Positions 37,365-48,400 of a stretch of DNA of 64,000 nt are shown here, in pieces (position 1 is the first letter of the stretch; each line of letters begins with the position of its first letter). Origin of the DNA: Gekko japonicus (lineage: Eukaryota); assembly GCF_001447785.1 (NCBI RefSeq), contig NW_015163751.1, positions 1-64,000 of the forward strand, read 5' to 3'. The notes below the pieces were generated by a model. That model did not search any database and was not told the origin of the DNA. It worked only from the letters and a program-made list of their open reading frames with translations. The position numbers and the translations under genes were made by a program.

Positions 37365-39216
37365 CACCTCATCATTGAATTTAAAAAGTAGGAGAAATTA
37401 AAGGGAAAAAATTAACTGAAAGCATATTCATATATTATTCCTACTGATGGAGGTGAAGTGGGTTTTGTTTTAAATTCCCTTCCTGGTATTAGTTCAATAA
37501 AGATGACATCAAAGTGTGTGAAAGTAAACTCAGAATGGAGTAACCATGTTTCTACCAATAGGCCAAGAAGATATTTTGAAAGTGTGTTGTCAAACAGAGG
37601 GGAAAAAGCCAGGACCAATGCAAAAGATTCATAAAAGGAAGGAAATGTTGTGAAAACACCCTGGGTTTACATTAGGGTTTCTAGCTCCGGGTTGGGAAAA
37701 TACCTTGAGATTTTGGGGCTGAAGCCTGAGGAAAGGGGATTTGGGGAGGGGAGGGACTTCAGTGGGGTTTAATGCCACAGAGTGTTCTTTCCAAAGCAGC
37801 CAGTTTATCCAGGTGAACTGATATCTGTTGCCTAGAGATAAACTGTGATAATGTTTGGGTTGTAGTGGGCGTGGCCAACTCTGAAGCCAGCCGGAACTCT
37901 GTTCCTGTGTGTTCCTGCCAAAAAATAGCCCTGCTGCTACATAAATACACCACTGGCTTTATTTCTTTATTGCTCTCTTTTCCCCAATGAAAAGATTATT
38001 AAAACTCATTCCATTATATCCTTTGTTTCTTGAGATGTGTTGCAGGCGAACTCTATGAGTGGCCTCCCTCCTCCTCCTTCCCCCCTTTAGACACTGTTTT
38101 GTTTAAAATTTTCTGTTTTCCAGATCGAAGCTGTCTGCTTTTCCTCAGTCACCCTCAAGCGTATGGAAATGTTCTGCAATCATCTCTCTTTCTTTACTTC
38201 CTTTCCATTCTTCCCTTCAAACATTTGCTTCAAATGGGGTGAAGCAAACGAATCCAGGCAGAGAGCTTGAAGGTGCAGAGAAAAGAAGCTGTAAGGCCGG
38301 GGAGAGGGCACGAAACCGAGCTCAAGTAGGAAGGGAATGCAAGTTCATTTTCATATATTAAAACCAAACAGCAACAAAATGTTTATGACATCTCTTTTCT
38401 TTGAAGCATGTCTTTATTGGACTATGGGATTTGGGATCAGAAAAGGAACAGTTGTTAGGAGGAAATAAACAGAAAACATCAATAGGAAACATTTAATGAA
38501 GTTTGACCATTTTGTGGTCTTGCTGTCCAGGGGCACATTCGTATGACCAACTAAAGCCTAAATAGAGGAGTCACTCCAGGGCTTAGTTCTCGCTTACACT
38601 ATCAGAGTCTGGGCTGGGTGAGGCTGAATCCAAGATGGGGACAGGTAGACATGCTGAATTTCTATTTGACCCTCACACATTACAGGACTGGAAACCTGGG
38701 AAACAGGGTGGCCAGCAGTCCTGAGGAAGAATGTCCTATCCCTTATGTGTGGAAATGGGCAGTTGAAGCTGTCCATGGCATGAAAATTAATGACACCTCC
38801 TTGATATTTGATGTGAATCAAATAGATACTAAAGAAACAAGTGAGAGGCCAGTTTGAAAAGTAGCAACCCTACCTGCAAGACTAAAGAACACGAGTCTTC
38901 TTTATCAGTGTGGCCTATCTGAACAGGTGTGTCTTAAAGGGACTTTTTGGATTCTGCCTTTCTCCAAAAAACCCTGCAGGTGACACACATGGGTCTCTTC
39001 TTTCTGCTCACAAGATCCTGTGTGGTAGTTCAGGCTGTGTGTCCACGACTGGCCCAAGGGCATCCAGTGAGTTTCGTTACTGAGTTCTCCTAGTCCAACA
39101 CTAAACATCTCTTGCTTTGTTTCCTTTTGCTTTGTGGAGCTCTTCTTCTTGGAGGGATGACTTTCTATCGATGACAACTGTACTCTTAATTCTTATCCCT
39201 ACTCCTCGTTGCAGCA

Positions 39217-39414
39217 CTAAGGCTTGATGGAGAAACCCTTTGAGTTCCCACCCCCACTTTGCTCAGGCTCAGGATCCATCTGGTTCTTTATCCCAAAGCC
39301 GACTTCAGCTCCGCCACTGATCAAAAGGTTTAAACCGGTGCAGAAAGTACCATCTGAAGCAAGGTACAGGGCAGCCAATGCCACTTCTTCTGGGGCCCCC
39401 AAACGTCCCATAAG
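39217..39414 (-). CDS. HSD17B14: copy C exon 9 (terminal)
   Basis: LMGRLGAPEEVALAALYLASDGTFCTGLNLLISGGAEVGFGIKNQMDPEPEQSGGGNSKGFSIKP*. Confidence 0.9.
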   Translation of the reverse strand, partial: LMGRLGAPEEVALAALYLASDGTFCTGLNLLISGGAEVGFGIKNQMDPEPEQSGGGNSKGFSIKP

Positions 39415-42400
39415 CTGTAAATGTGCAAAACAAGTGAGCTAAATATAATATTCTGTATTCATCACATTTGAGGTAAGATCATGAGGTCTCAGAAGCTACT
39501 TGAGAGGGGCAGGATTTCCAGGGTGCAGAATTCTAACTTTCAAGTTTTGTATGCCCAGCCTTTCTTCTTGTTACCATCTTAGATGTGGTAGAAGACAGGT
39601 TGACAATTCCAGCTTAGGAGACGTAGAACCAGTGCCTCGGAAGGGCACACTTTGGGGAGGGGAAAGAGCTCAGCAGAGATGCTTCTTCCTATACAGGAGA
39701 AGCTGAAGTCTACAAGCATCCACCCTCTGCAGCCACTCCAGGACTTTTGTTTCTCCTACCCTCCAGGGCTGTTGTTTTCACCTGGGCACTGTTGCCAGGA
39801 GAATATTTATTTATTTAAAACATTTATTAGCCACCATTCTTCTTTATGGTGCTTGATGGCTTATGATGGATAAAATACATCATAAAGAACACATGATACA
39901 AAAAAATAAACCCAGACCAAAATTGAAATTCCTAATTTAGGACTGCAAGCAATGTTCCCTCTAAGCTGTGGAGTCTTGTGAGCAAGAATTCTACTTTGTG
40001 AGCTACTGGCATTGAAGTTGTGAACGGGCAATTTCTCTACTGCATAACTTAGTTTGCTCTGGAGCCCTCCTTCCTGAGCTCAGGCAACAATCTGTGAGCT
40101 GGAAGCTGAAAAACTATGAGCTAGCTCACACTAACTAGCTTAGAGGGAACATTGACTGCAAGTATTGTAATTGTCTCGACTCCAACGGTCTGGGCCTTTC
40201 CCTTGAGCCCCTGCTCGAGCCCCACCCTGAAACTCCCCCACTTACCGTGGCCAACAGCCTCGGGGGGAAGTCTCAGAGCTCTGAAACGGGCGAAGAGACA
40301 ACTGACCGAGATGAGGGGAACAACGAACACGCTGGCGCAGCTCAGCCCCTTCCCCGCAGAGCACGTCCCCGTGTACGTGGCAAAATGGCGAGCCCCCAGG
40401 AGACGCCGCCATTGCCAAGGCCCACAGGGCTATCACACCCTGACACAGGTGGCCGTTCCGTGCCGCCCAGCATGAGCTGGGCAACAGCCTCCACGCCCCC
40501 TGCTCCGGGCGGGGTCGAAACGCCCCCGCACCTGGCAGAGCGTCGAAGCTCTTATAAGGAGGCGGAGCCACCTGAGATTGACACCCCGGTGTCCAGTAAG
40601 GGGGGGGGTTGGAGAAAAGAATACATGGGGAACAAAAAGGGATACCAGTGAGGAAGGAAGGAGATATAGAGTGGAGAACAAAGACGGGCTGACCAAGAGT
40701 CGAAGAGAGAGACGACGAGGCAGACGTCTCCTATGGCTCTCTCCTGGGCGCGGGCTTGCCTTTGGTGACGGAACCAGGTAGCTGGCCCTATTTCTGAGGT
40801 CTCCCATTTCTCTTCTAGAAAAGGGGGATGCAATTCTCTGGAACGGTGACTGGAAGTAAAGACGGTGTAATGTACAAAGACGAGCTTTCGTCCCACAAGG
40901 GGTGTGTGATGTGGGGGGGCCGGGTAGTGATCCCCTCCCCGCTTCAAGACCGGGTGCTAGCAGCCCTGCACAAGGCACACCCAGGCCTCGTGCAGGCCCT
41001 GCCTACGAATGAAGGCCCTGGCCCGGAGTTATGTATGGTGGCCAGGCCTTGATCGGGACATTGAGAGTCAGGTGAAGCAATGCCAGCCCTGTCAGGCCTC
41101 CCGGCCAGACCCTCCCAGAGCTCCTGCATGGGCTTGGGAGTCCTCACATAAACCCTGGTCCCGGCTACATCTGGACTTCGCGGGGCCGTTCCAGGGACAA
41201 ATTTTCTTTATACTGGTCGACGCCTACAGCAAGTGGCTGGAGGTGGTACCCGTACTGTCAACCTCATCCAAGGCGGCGATCCGAGCGATGTGGCGCATCT
41301 TCAGCGCCCAGGGCCTCCCGGACACGTTGGTTACGGACAACGGGATGGCCTTCACCTCGAGTGAATTTCAAGAATTCACTAAGTACAACAGGATCTGCCA
41401 CGTCCGAAGGGCCGCCCTGGATTCCCGCATGAGTGGTCCGAGGTTCCCGGTTGTACGAGGTCTCCTGTGAGGATGGACAGCTACTTCACCGCCACATCGA
41501 CCAACTACGGCGGAGGGTCCTCCCCAACGATCCCAAGGATCTAGAATTCCCAGAATCGGCTGAAGCGTCCTCCCCAGCTCCCGAGCCGCCGATCCTGGCA
41601 CCCCTGCCTGAGCCCCTCGCCACAGGGCTCCAAGACAGCACGCCATCCCCGCCACCGGCAGGGCCAACCACGAGCTCCCCGCCAAGGCCCCAGACAACTT
41701 CCGCAACCCCGACTCCCGAGCTCCGCCATTCCACAAGAAACAGGACGGCTCCGGCCCGGCCTATCTCCAAGACTATGTGTGTGGGTAGTCTGGACTATGG
41801 GGGGAGGGGTGTAATGTACTCCGCCATGGCCACATGCGCAACCGTTGGGCCATGCGGTCAGGCTAACACCAGAGCTTCGCTCCTCAGAGAACAATAGCCC
41901 AGCGGATCCTAGCCCGCACCTATCAGAGGCCCAGGTCCGCGGCCGAGAGCCTATGGGACTCTCGGCCACTGTAAATAGCCTATAGTAAAGTAGGGGGTGT
42001 GTTTTGGTGGTGGGGTTTCTGGGCATATATACCGGCCTGCGAGCCGGCAGTCCTTGTCGTGTTCCTGCTTAATAAAAGTACTCTTGCTGAAATCACTCAA
42101 CGCTTCTCAGTACTTTTCAGACTACCTCTTTAAACAGCTGGAGCGCCACAGTAATCAAATGTGGGCATAAATTAAACTGTCTTCTACTACATCCTAAAGA
42201 TTGAAAGTGAGAGGGCCAGGTGGTTGTCTGAGAGTTGTGGGGCTGCCACTGAAAAGGCCCTCTCTTGTGAACCCATGAAAGGAACTTCTTTGATTGGGGG
42301 GCCGTTAGGAGAGCCTCTCCTAAATTCCTGGAAAGGAACATATGGAAGGAGATTCTCCAGTCCAAAGCCAGGAGGATGTTAAAGGTCTAAACAAACACTT

Positions 42401-45400
42401 TGAACTGAGCTTGGGAGTGGATCGATATACAGTGTTAATGCTGTAGTATTGGGGCGACATGCTCCAAATTGCTAGTCCTGACCAGCAGTCTAGCGTCTTT
42501 CTTCAGCACTAGCTGCAGCTTCTGTACACTCTTCAAGGGTAGTCAAAGCTAGGAAAAAGTACTCTGAACCACTGTAGCCTTGTAGTTTTCAAACAGGTCT
42601 GCTGTGTCAAATAAGCTGAGAACCTGGCTTTTCAAGGGGAGATTAACTTCCTCCATGACAGGAGAGATCCGAAGGCCATGGTCTATCTTTCTATTAATTC
42701 AGAGAACCTCTGTCTTCACTCAGAGTCTCAGAGCTTACAAACTCCTTTTCTCTTCCACTTCCCACAGCAGACACCCTGTAAGGTAGGTGGGGCTGAGAGA
42801 GCTCTTTCAAGAACTGCCCTTTCAAGGACAGCTCTTGTCAGAACTATGGCTTACCCAAGGTCATCCAGCAGCTGCAAGTGGAGGAGTGGGGAATCAAACC
42901 CGGTTTCCCCAGATTAGAGTCCGCACACGTAACCACTGTGCCAAACTGAAGGATAGAGCTGGGCATCATCCACATATTGTTGACACCACTGCTCAAACTT
43001 CCTGATGGCCTCTCCCAGCACTTTCACCTGGAGCTGAGAAGCAACAACCCACCCAAGCACCTTGCCCAAGCATTGAAGACTGAAGGCCAGAAGTTCTCCA
43101 ACATAGTGAAAGGAAGAGTTGTCCTTCTGGGAGAACTTCAGACCCTGACCCAAAAATGTGTGAATCAAAGGGAGAATCATGGAATAATGATATAACCAAT
43201 GCAAATGTCCCTGTGAGAAGATAGTGAATCAATAACTAAAGATATTTGTTGATCTATTTGAATAAATGTATATGTAAATATTAAATGCTTTATGTGTGAA
43301 CACAAACATATCTCTACTCCATTCCAGAACCAATAGTATTTAAATGCAAAATGTCTTTTTCTTGTGTTGAAATTCTTCCAAGCACCATTCAGAGTACTTG
43401 GAAGAGTTGATGGATATGCAGTTCAATGGTTGTTCAAATCCAAATGCTGCCACGTTTCCCTTGAGACCTTTCCAATATGATTCAAGTCTCTCAGAAATAT
43501 AATTCAGAGTCTCCAATTCAATCCAACGAGCAGCTAGCTGGATCAGTTTGTTTCCCTTGATGCTTTCTCAATGTCAGGAAACTGAAGAAAATTAACAAGA
43601 ACACTGAAATTCATGAATGTATTTTCTTGAGTTGTTTCTTGAGTTGTCATAAATTGTAGGATGGCGTATCTGTTACTTGCAGGAAGGAAGGAAGGAAGGA
43701 AGGAAGGAAGGAAGGAAGGAAGGAAGGAAGGAAGGTAGGTGAGGGGGGGGGACATAGACAGACAGTCAGTAAGCCAGACAGACAGGGAGGGAGGGAGGGA
43801 GGGGGGGAGGAGGGGAAGAGAAGTCAAAGCTGTTAGATCGCGCTAACAAAGGACTCGTAGAGTGATTCAGCAAGTGATTCAGCTTTATTTAGAAGTAACG
43901 AACAAGCACTAACTCAGTAAGAAACCAGAACAAGAAACAGTGGGAGCTTATGCTCCTTTTAAACATAACCGGGCTAATGTAGCCACGCCTATTTACATTT
44001 AACAACCAATGAGATTGCTTGGTTAAGGACCAATGGGAGTCTTTCCCTCCTAGGGAATGGTATCGTTCTGATTGGTCGCTGTTACGAAGCGACCAATAGG
44101 AAGTTCGCTCAGAGGAGCCCTGGTCTGGCTCGAAGCTTAACAGGGGAGTCCTATGAGGTGATTCATGTAATCATTTCAATACATTACAATTCCTCCCAGC
44201 CTTTGTGTTCTGAGGTGGGACTTAGGCGACATGGCCAATGGAAGCTGGGGAAGGTTCTGACGGACACTTCAAGCCTCCAAACACTGTTGGTGCGCATTTT
44301 CTCTCCGCTGCATCTGACGCTGCGTGTTACTCAATTATATATATATAAGGGAGATATAAGGGATATATATATATATATGTATGTATGTATGTATGCATGT
44401 ATGTATGTATGTATGTATGTATGTATGTATGTATGTATGTATATGTATAGGATACTAAAGAGTCTTCAGTCTGTGTGACTTTAAAACTCACACAAGTGAG
44501 TCTAATTAGTGGCATTAATAGTTGGTAGCTGCAGTGAGACCTTGCCAACTCTCTCAGAATGGAAGCCGTTTAAGCGAGATAGATTTTTGATTGGTCAAAA
44601 TACATACACTGTGCATGTTTGGTGCGTGTGTGTTATATTTTGGTTAGAGCTTAAAATGTTATGTTTTGGTTGGAGTTTAAAATGTTCTAGAATAGAGTTT
44701 GCTATAGGAATTGTTTACATGAATTGCAGGGTTCTTGTTAGTCTTCTTCAATTTCCCGATTTCCAGAAAACATTGAGGGAAATGAACTGATCCAGCTAGC
44801 TGCTCGTTAAATGGGATTGGAGATGCTGAATTATATTTCTGAGAGACTTGAATCATATTGGAAAGGTCTCAAGGGAAACGTTGCAGCATTTGGATTTAAA
44901 CAACCATTGAACTGCATATCCATCAACTCTGAAGGTTCATACCTACCAAACGGTGCTTGGAAGAATTTCTACAAAAGAAAGAGACATTTGGCATGTAATA
45001 CTATTGCTTCTGAAATGGAGTAGAGCTATTCTTGTATTAACACATATATGGTTTAATGTTGACATATAAATTTATTCAAATAGATTTGCAAATATCTAGT
45101 TATTGATTGCGATGGTTATACCCACCCCAAAAATGGTAACCTTAAGGAGAACCAGTCATCTGCCACAGCACAATTCCGGTTTCCCCACAACACACTTGCC
45201 TTACTATCGATGGCTTTGTGCATTGCCGCCTCTGGATTCGGTTTCTGATTTACATCCCTTTCCATCAATGGAGTCAAAATATGACCCGGTGAGATGCTAG
45301 GATTCAAAATATTTGGAAATTTAAAAAGGGGCAGGGGTACCATGAAGCATCAAGAAATATGCCCCCTAGTGAATTAGTTTTTGAGGAAGTGTCTTTCTTA

Positions 45401-48400
45401 TCATTAGAGAGAGACCAGCTTCCAATTACATGACAATCTTTGCATTAAGCACACTATATAAACTGATTCATCCCACAATCCTTGGCATGACTATTCATTT
45501 ATACATCCCAGGAAAATACAGCATGAACTGCAGGGACCAAGATTTCAGTCCACACTGAATCATTTGTTCATGGCACAAGAAAAAGCAGCAGCAAACATCC
45601 ATTTTTAAAAGCATTTTTAAAGGACCTGTGGGTTAGTTGCACAAGCTGATGGCCTGCAAGGAATCACTGAAAGTAATACCTCCTTCACCAAATCTCCTCC
45701 TCCAGGATTCTGTAAGCTCTTTGGGGGAGGACTTAAGCAGCCTCCCGCCCCATTTTTCCTCTTAATTAAGCTGCTCTTTACATTCTGGGCTTCCTGGAGC
45801 ACATCCGGTTATTTTTCAAGCTGGTTTTCCCCCTTAGTCTCTTGTTTTCTTCTAGTTAGTTGAAAAAGCTGTACTTTCCTGCACACCTGGGGGAGACCCG
45901 CTAGTATGGAGACACCCCACATTCTCGACCTGAAGGTGCCCTGGTTTTGGTGCTCTGGTGGTAACTAGGTTGGCCAATGTCAAACACGGCACCTGGAGAT
46001 CTCCCACTGTCACACTTCATCTCCAGATGACCAGGATCAGTTCCCCTGGAGAAAATGGCTGCTTTAGTGGGTAGACCCTTCTGAGGTCCCTCCCCTCCCC
46101 AGGCTCCACCCCCAAAATCTTCAAATATTTTCCAACCCAGAGCTGGTCACCCTAGTGATATCACATATGCTAATGTACACTATTATATCTAGTGCTACTT
46201 CCAATGCACGGCCTTAAGGAAAACCAGATTATTCCAGTAGATTTGAAAATAATGGGATTCATTTCCTAGGTTTTAATTTTAGAAGATATTTTGGGCCTAG
46301 TCTATTTTTTTGTGTTTCTGTGCTCATAAGTAACAACATTAACATTGGAAAGGGAAAAGAAATATGGGGACTTTTTAACATTTATACCTTGTCCAGACAA
46401 AGTAACCCAGCCCACTTGTCTGGATATTTGACTCTTACAATGGCAGTTACTTCTTATTATTATGTTCTCCCTTTTCATTTCTTTTAGCAAAAACTTTGCC
46501 TGCAATATCCTGACATTGGGCTACGGAGGACCAGTCTTTCTTTCCTGTAAGTATTCTGCAAGGGACACTACATATCAAAAGTTCTGTATGGATAATAACC
46601 ACTTTTACCTGTTGATTCGTACATCATATTTGCTCTCATCGATGGCCAGGGCTTTGGTCATTGCAATCACAGCGCCCTGTAAGAGAAAAGAACAACAAGC
46701 AGGGTGTCCAACTGACCAGAAATGGCTTGGCCTCCTTCTCTTACAGTCTGATGTGCTTTAAGGGAAGGATTTTTTTTAATGATGCAGACATAAATAGTGC
46801 CTACAATCCATTTTGCTATTCAGCTTCTATTAAAGGATAAGCAATTATTCTCAAGGCCTGTTGGCAACTCTCAGTGAAGATACAGTACAGAGAAGACCAA
46901 TGTACAATGCATTACATTAGTCTAGTCTCAACTTTGGCAATCCTAGAGAAGTTAGGACAGGGGTTGGTGGGCCAAACCTTCTCATCTCTGAATGTTGGTT
47001 TTCAGCTCCTGAGTTGCCACCATCCACCAAAAAGATCTGTTCCCTCTGCCCAAGAGAAACAGGGGTAGGGGCTGAGATTCCTCTAGGGGGGCAGTTTGGA
47101 CCTAGATATCCTAGTCTGATTACTTACCCAGGAAAATGGGTATATTGGACCTTGGAAACAACATTCCCCTGAAGCCTCTATTAAAGGGACAGGGTGTTTC
47201 ATTGTCTCTAGGTGGATGTCAAATTTACTTGGGGTTCTCATGTAAGGGTGATAGATGCAAGATGTTTTTGCATTTGAGGCTCAAGTGAGATTTTCAGTCT
47301 GATAATGAGAAGAAAATGGACATTTCATAAAACCTTTACTGGTTACAGGCTGGTTTTAGACTTATCTATGAAAATTGACAAGTGATCTGAAAAAAAAACT
47401 AACCTGGCCTCCTTCTGTGCAAACCTTCATCTGCCCATCAAACTGCTATTAAAGGCAGAAGAAGAAGAGGAGGAGGAGGAGGAGATTGGATTTGTACCCC
47501 GCCCTTCACTTGGAGTCTCAGAGCAGTTTACAAACTCCTTCCCTTCCCCCCCCCATAACAGACACCCTGTGAGGTAGGTGGGGCTGAGAGAGCTCTTTCC
47601 AGAACTATCTTTGAGAGAACAGCTCTAACAGAACTATGGCTTGCCCAAGGTCATCCAGCAGCTGCATGCACACTTAACCACTACACCAAACTGGCTCAAG
47701 AGCAGAAGCATTAAAACAAAAAGGGATTCTGTCTTTGGGTCAGGATTACCTGGCTTGAGACATATGCCACATCATCCTTCTTCCCAAAGACACCAACGAT
47801 ACTGGCTATGTTGATGATGTTTCCTTTTGTTTCCCGTAAGTAGGGCAGTGCATACTGTACCCAAAAGACAAACAGAAAAAGTCTGCTGTATCTCAAAAGA
47901 GAAAACTTATGAAGCTGCTGTAACTTAGAATTGTCCACTGGCAGAGTCCCTACTTAGCACAGCTAGCAGAAATCCTTGCAACTAGAGATGGCAGAGATGA
48001 ACACTTTGGATGGAAAGATGGTCCTCAGCTGTGGAGCTTAGTTCCTGTCCCTGTAGTTCTGATTCGGACCTTAATATAGTACTATACCTCTGGCAATGAA
48101 GTTTATACAATGATTAGAGCGATTTATACTAAACAACAAGCTAAGGTCCTTATTAATGGAGATTTATCATGAAATATTGAGATACAAAAAGGAACTAGAC
48201 AAGGATGTCCCCTCGCACCTCTATTGTTTATTTTTGTTCTTGAGGTCTTAAATGACATCATTAAAGTGGATGTCCAAATTAAAGGCCTAAAAATAAGAGG
48301 AGAAGAATATAAACTTCAAGCCTTTGCTGATGATCTAGTATTTCTGTTAGAGAATCCATTGAGTTCTATTAAACAACTGATAGCTTCTTTGCAAAAGTAT

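Noticed and set aside
41009-41470. Integrase ORF as a domesticated host gene
   Set aside because: It is frameshifted, truncated within the catalytic core, and flanked by a PPT and LTR.
44158-44548. ORFs with YVCM/IHTY repeats
   Set aside because: Translations of the (TATG)n microsatellite.
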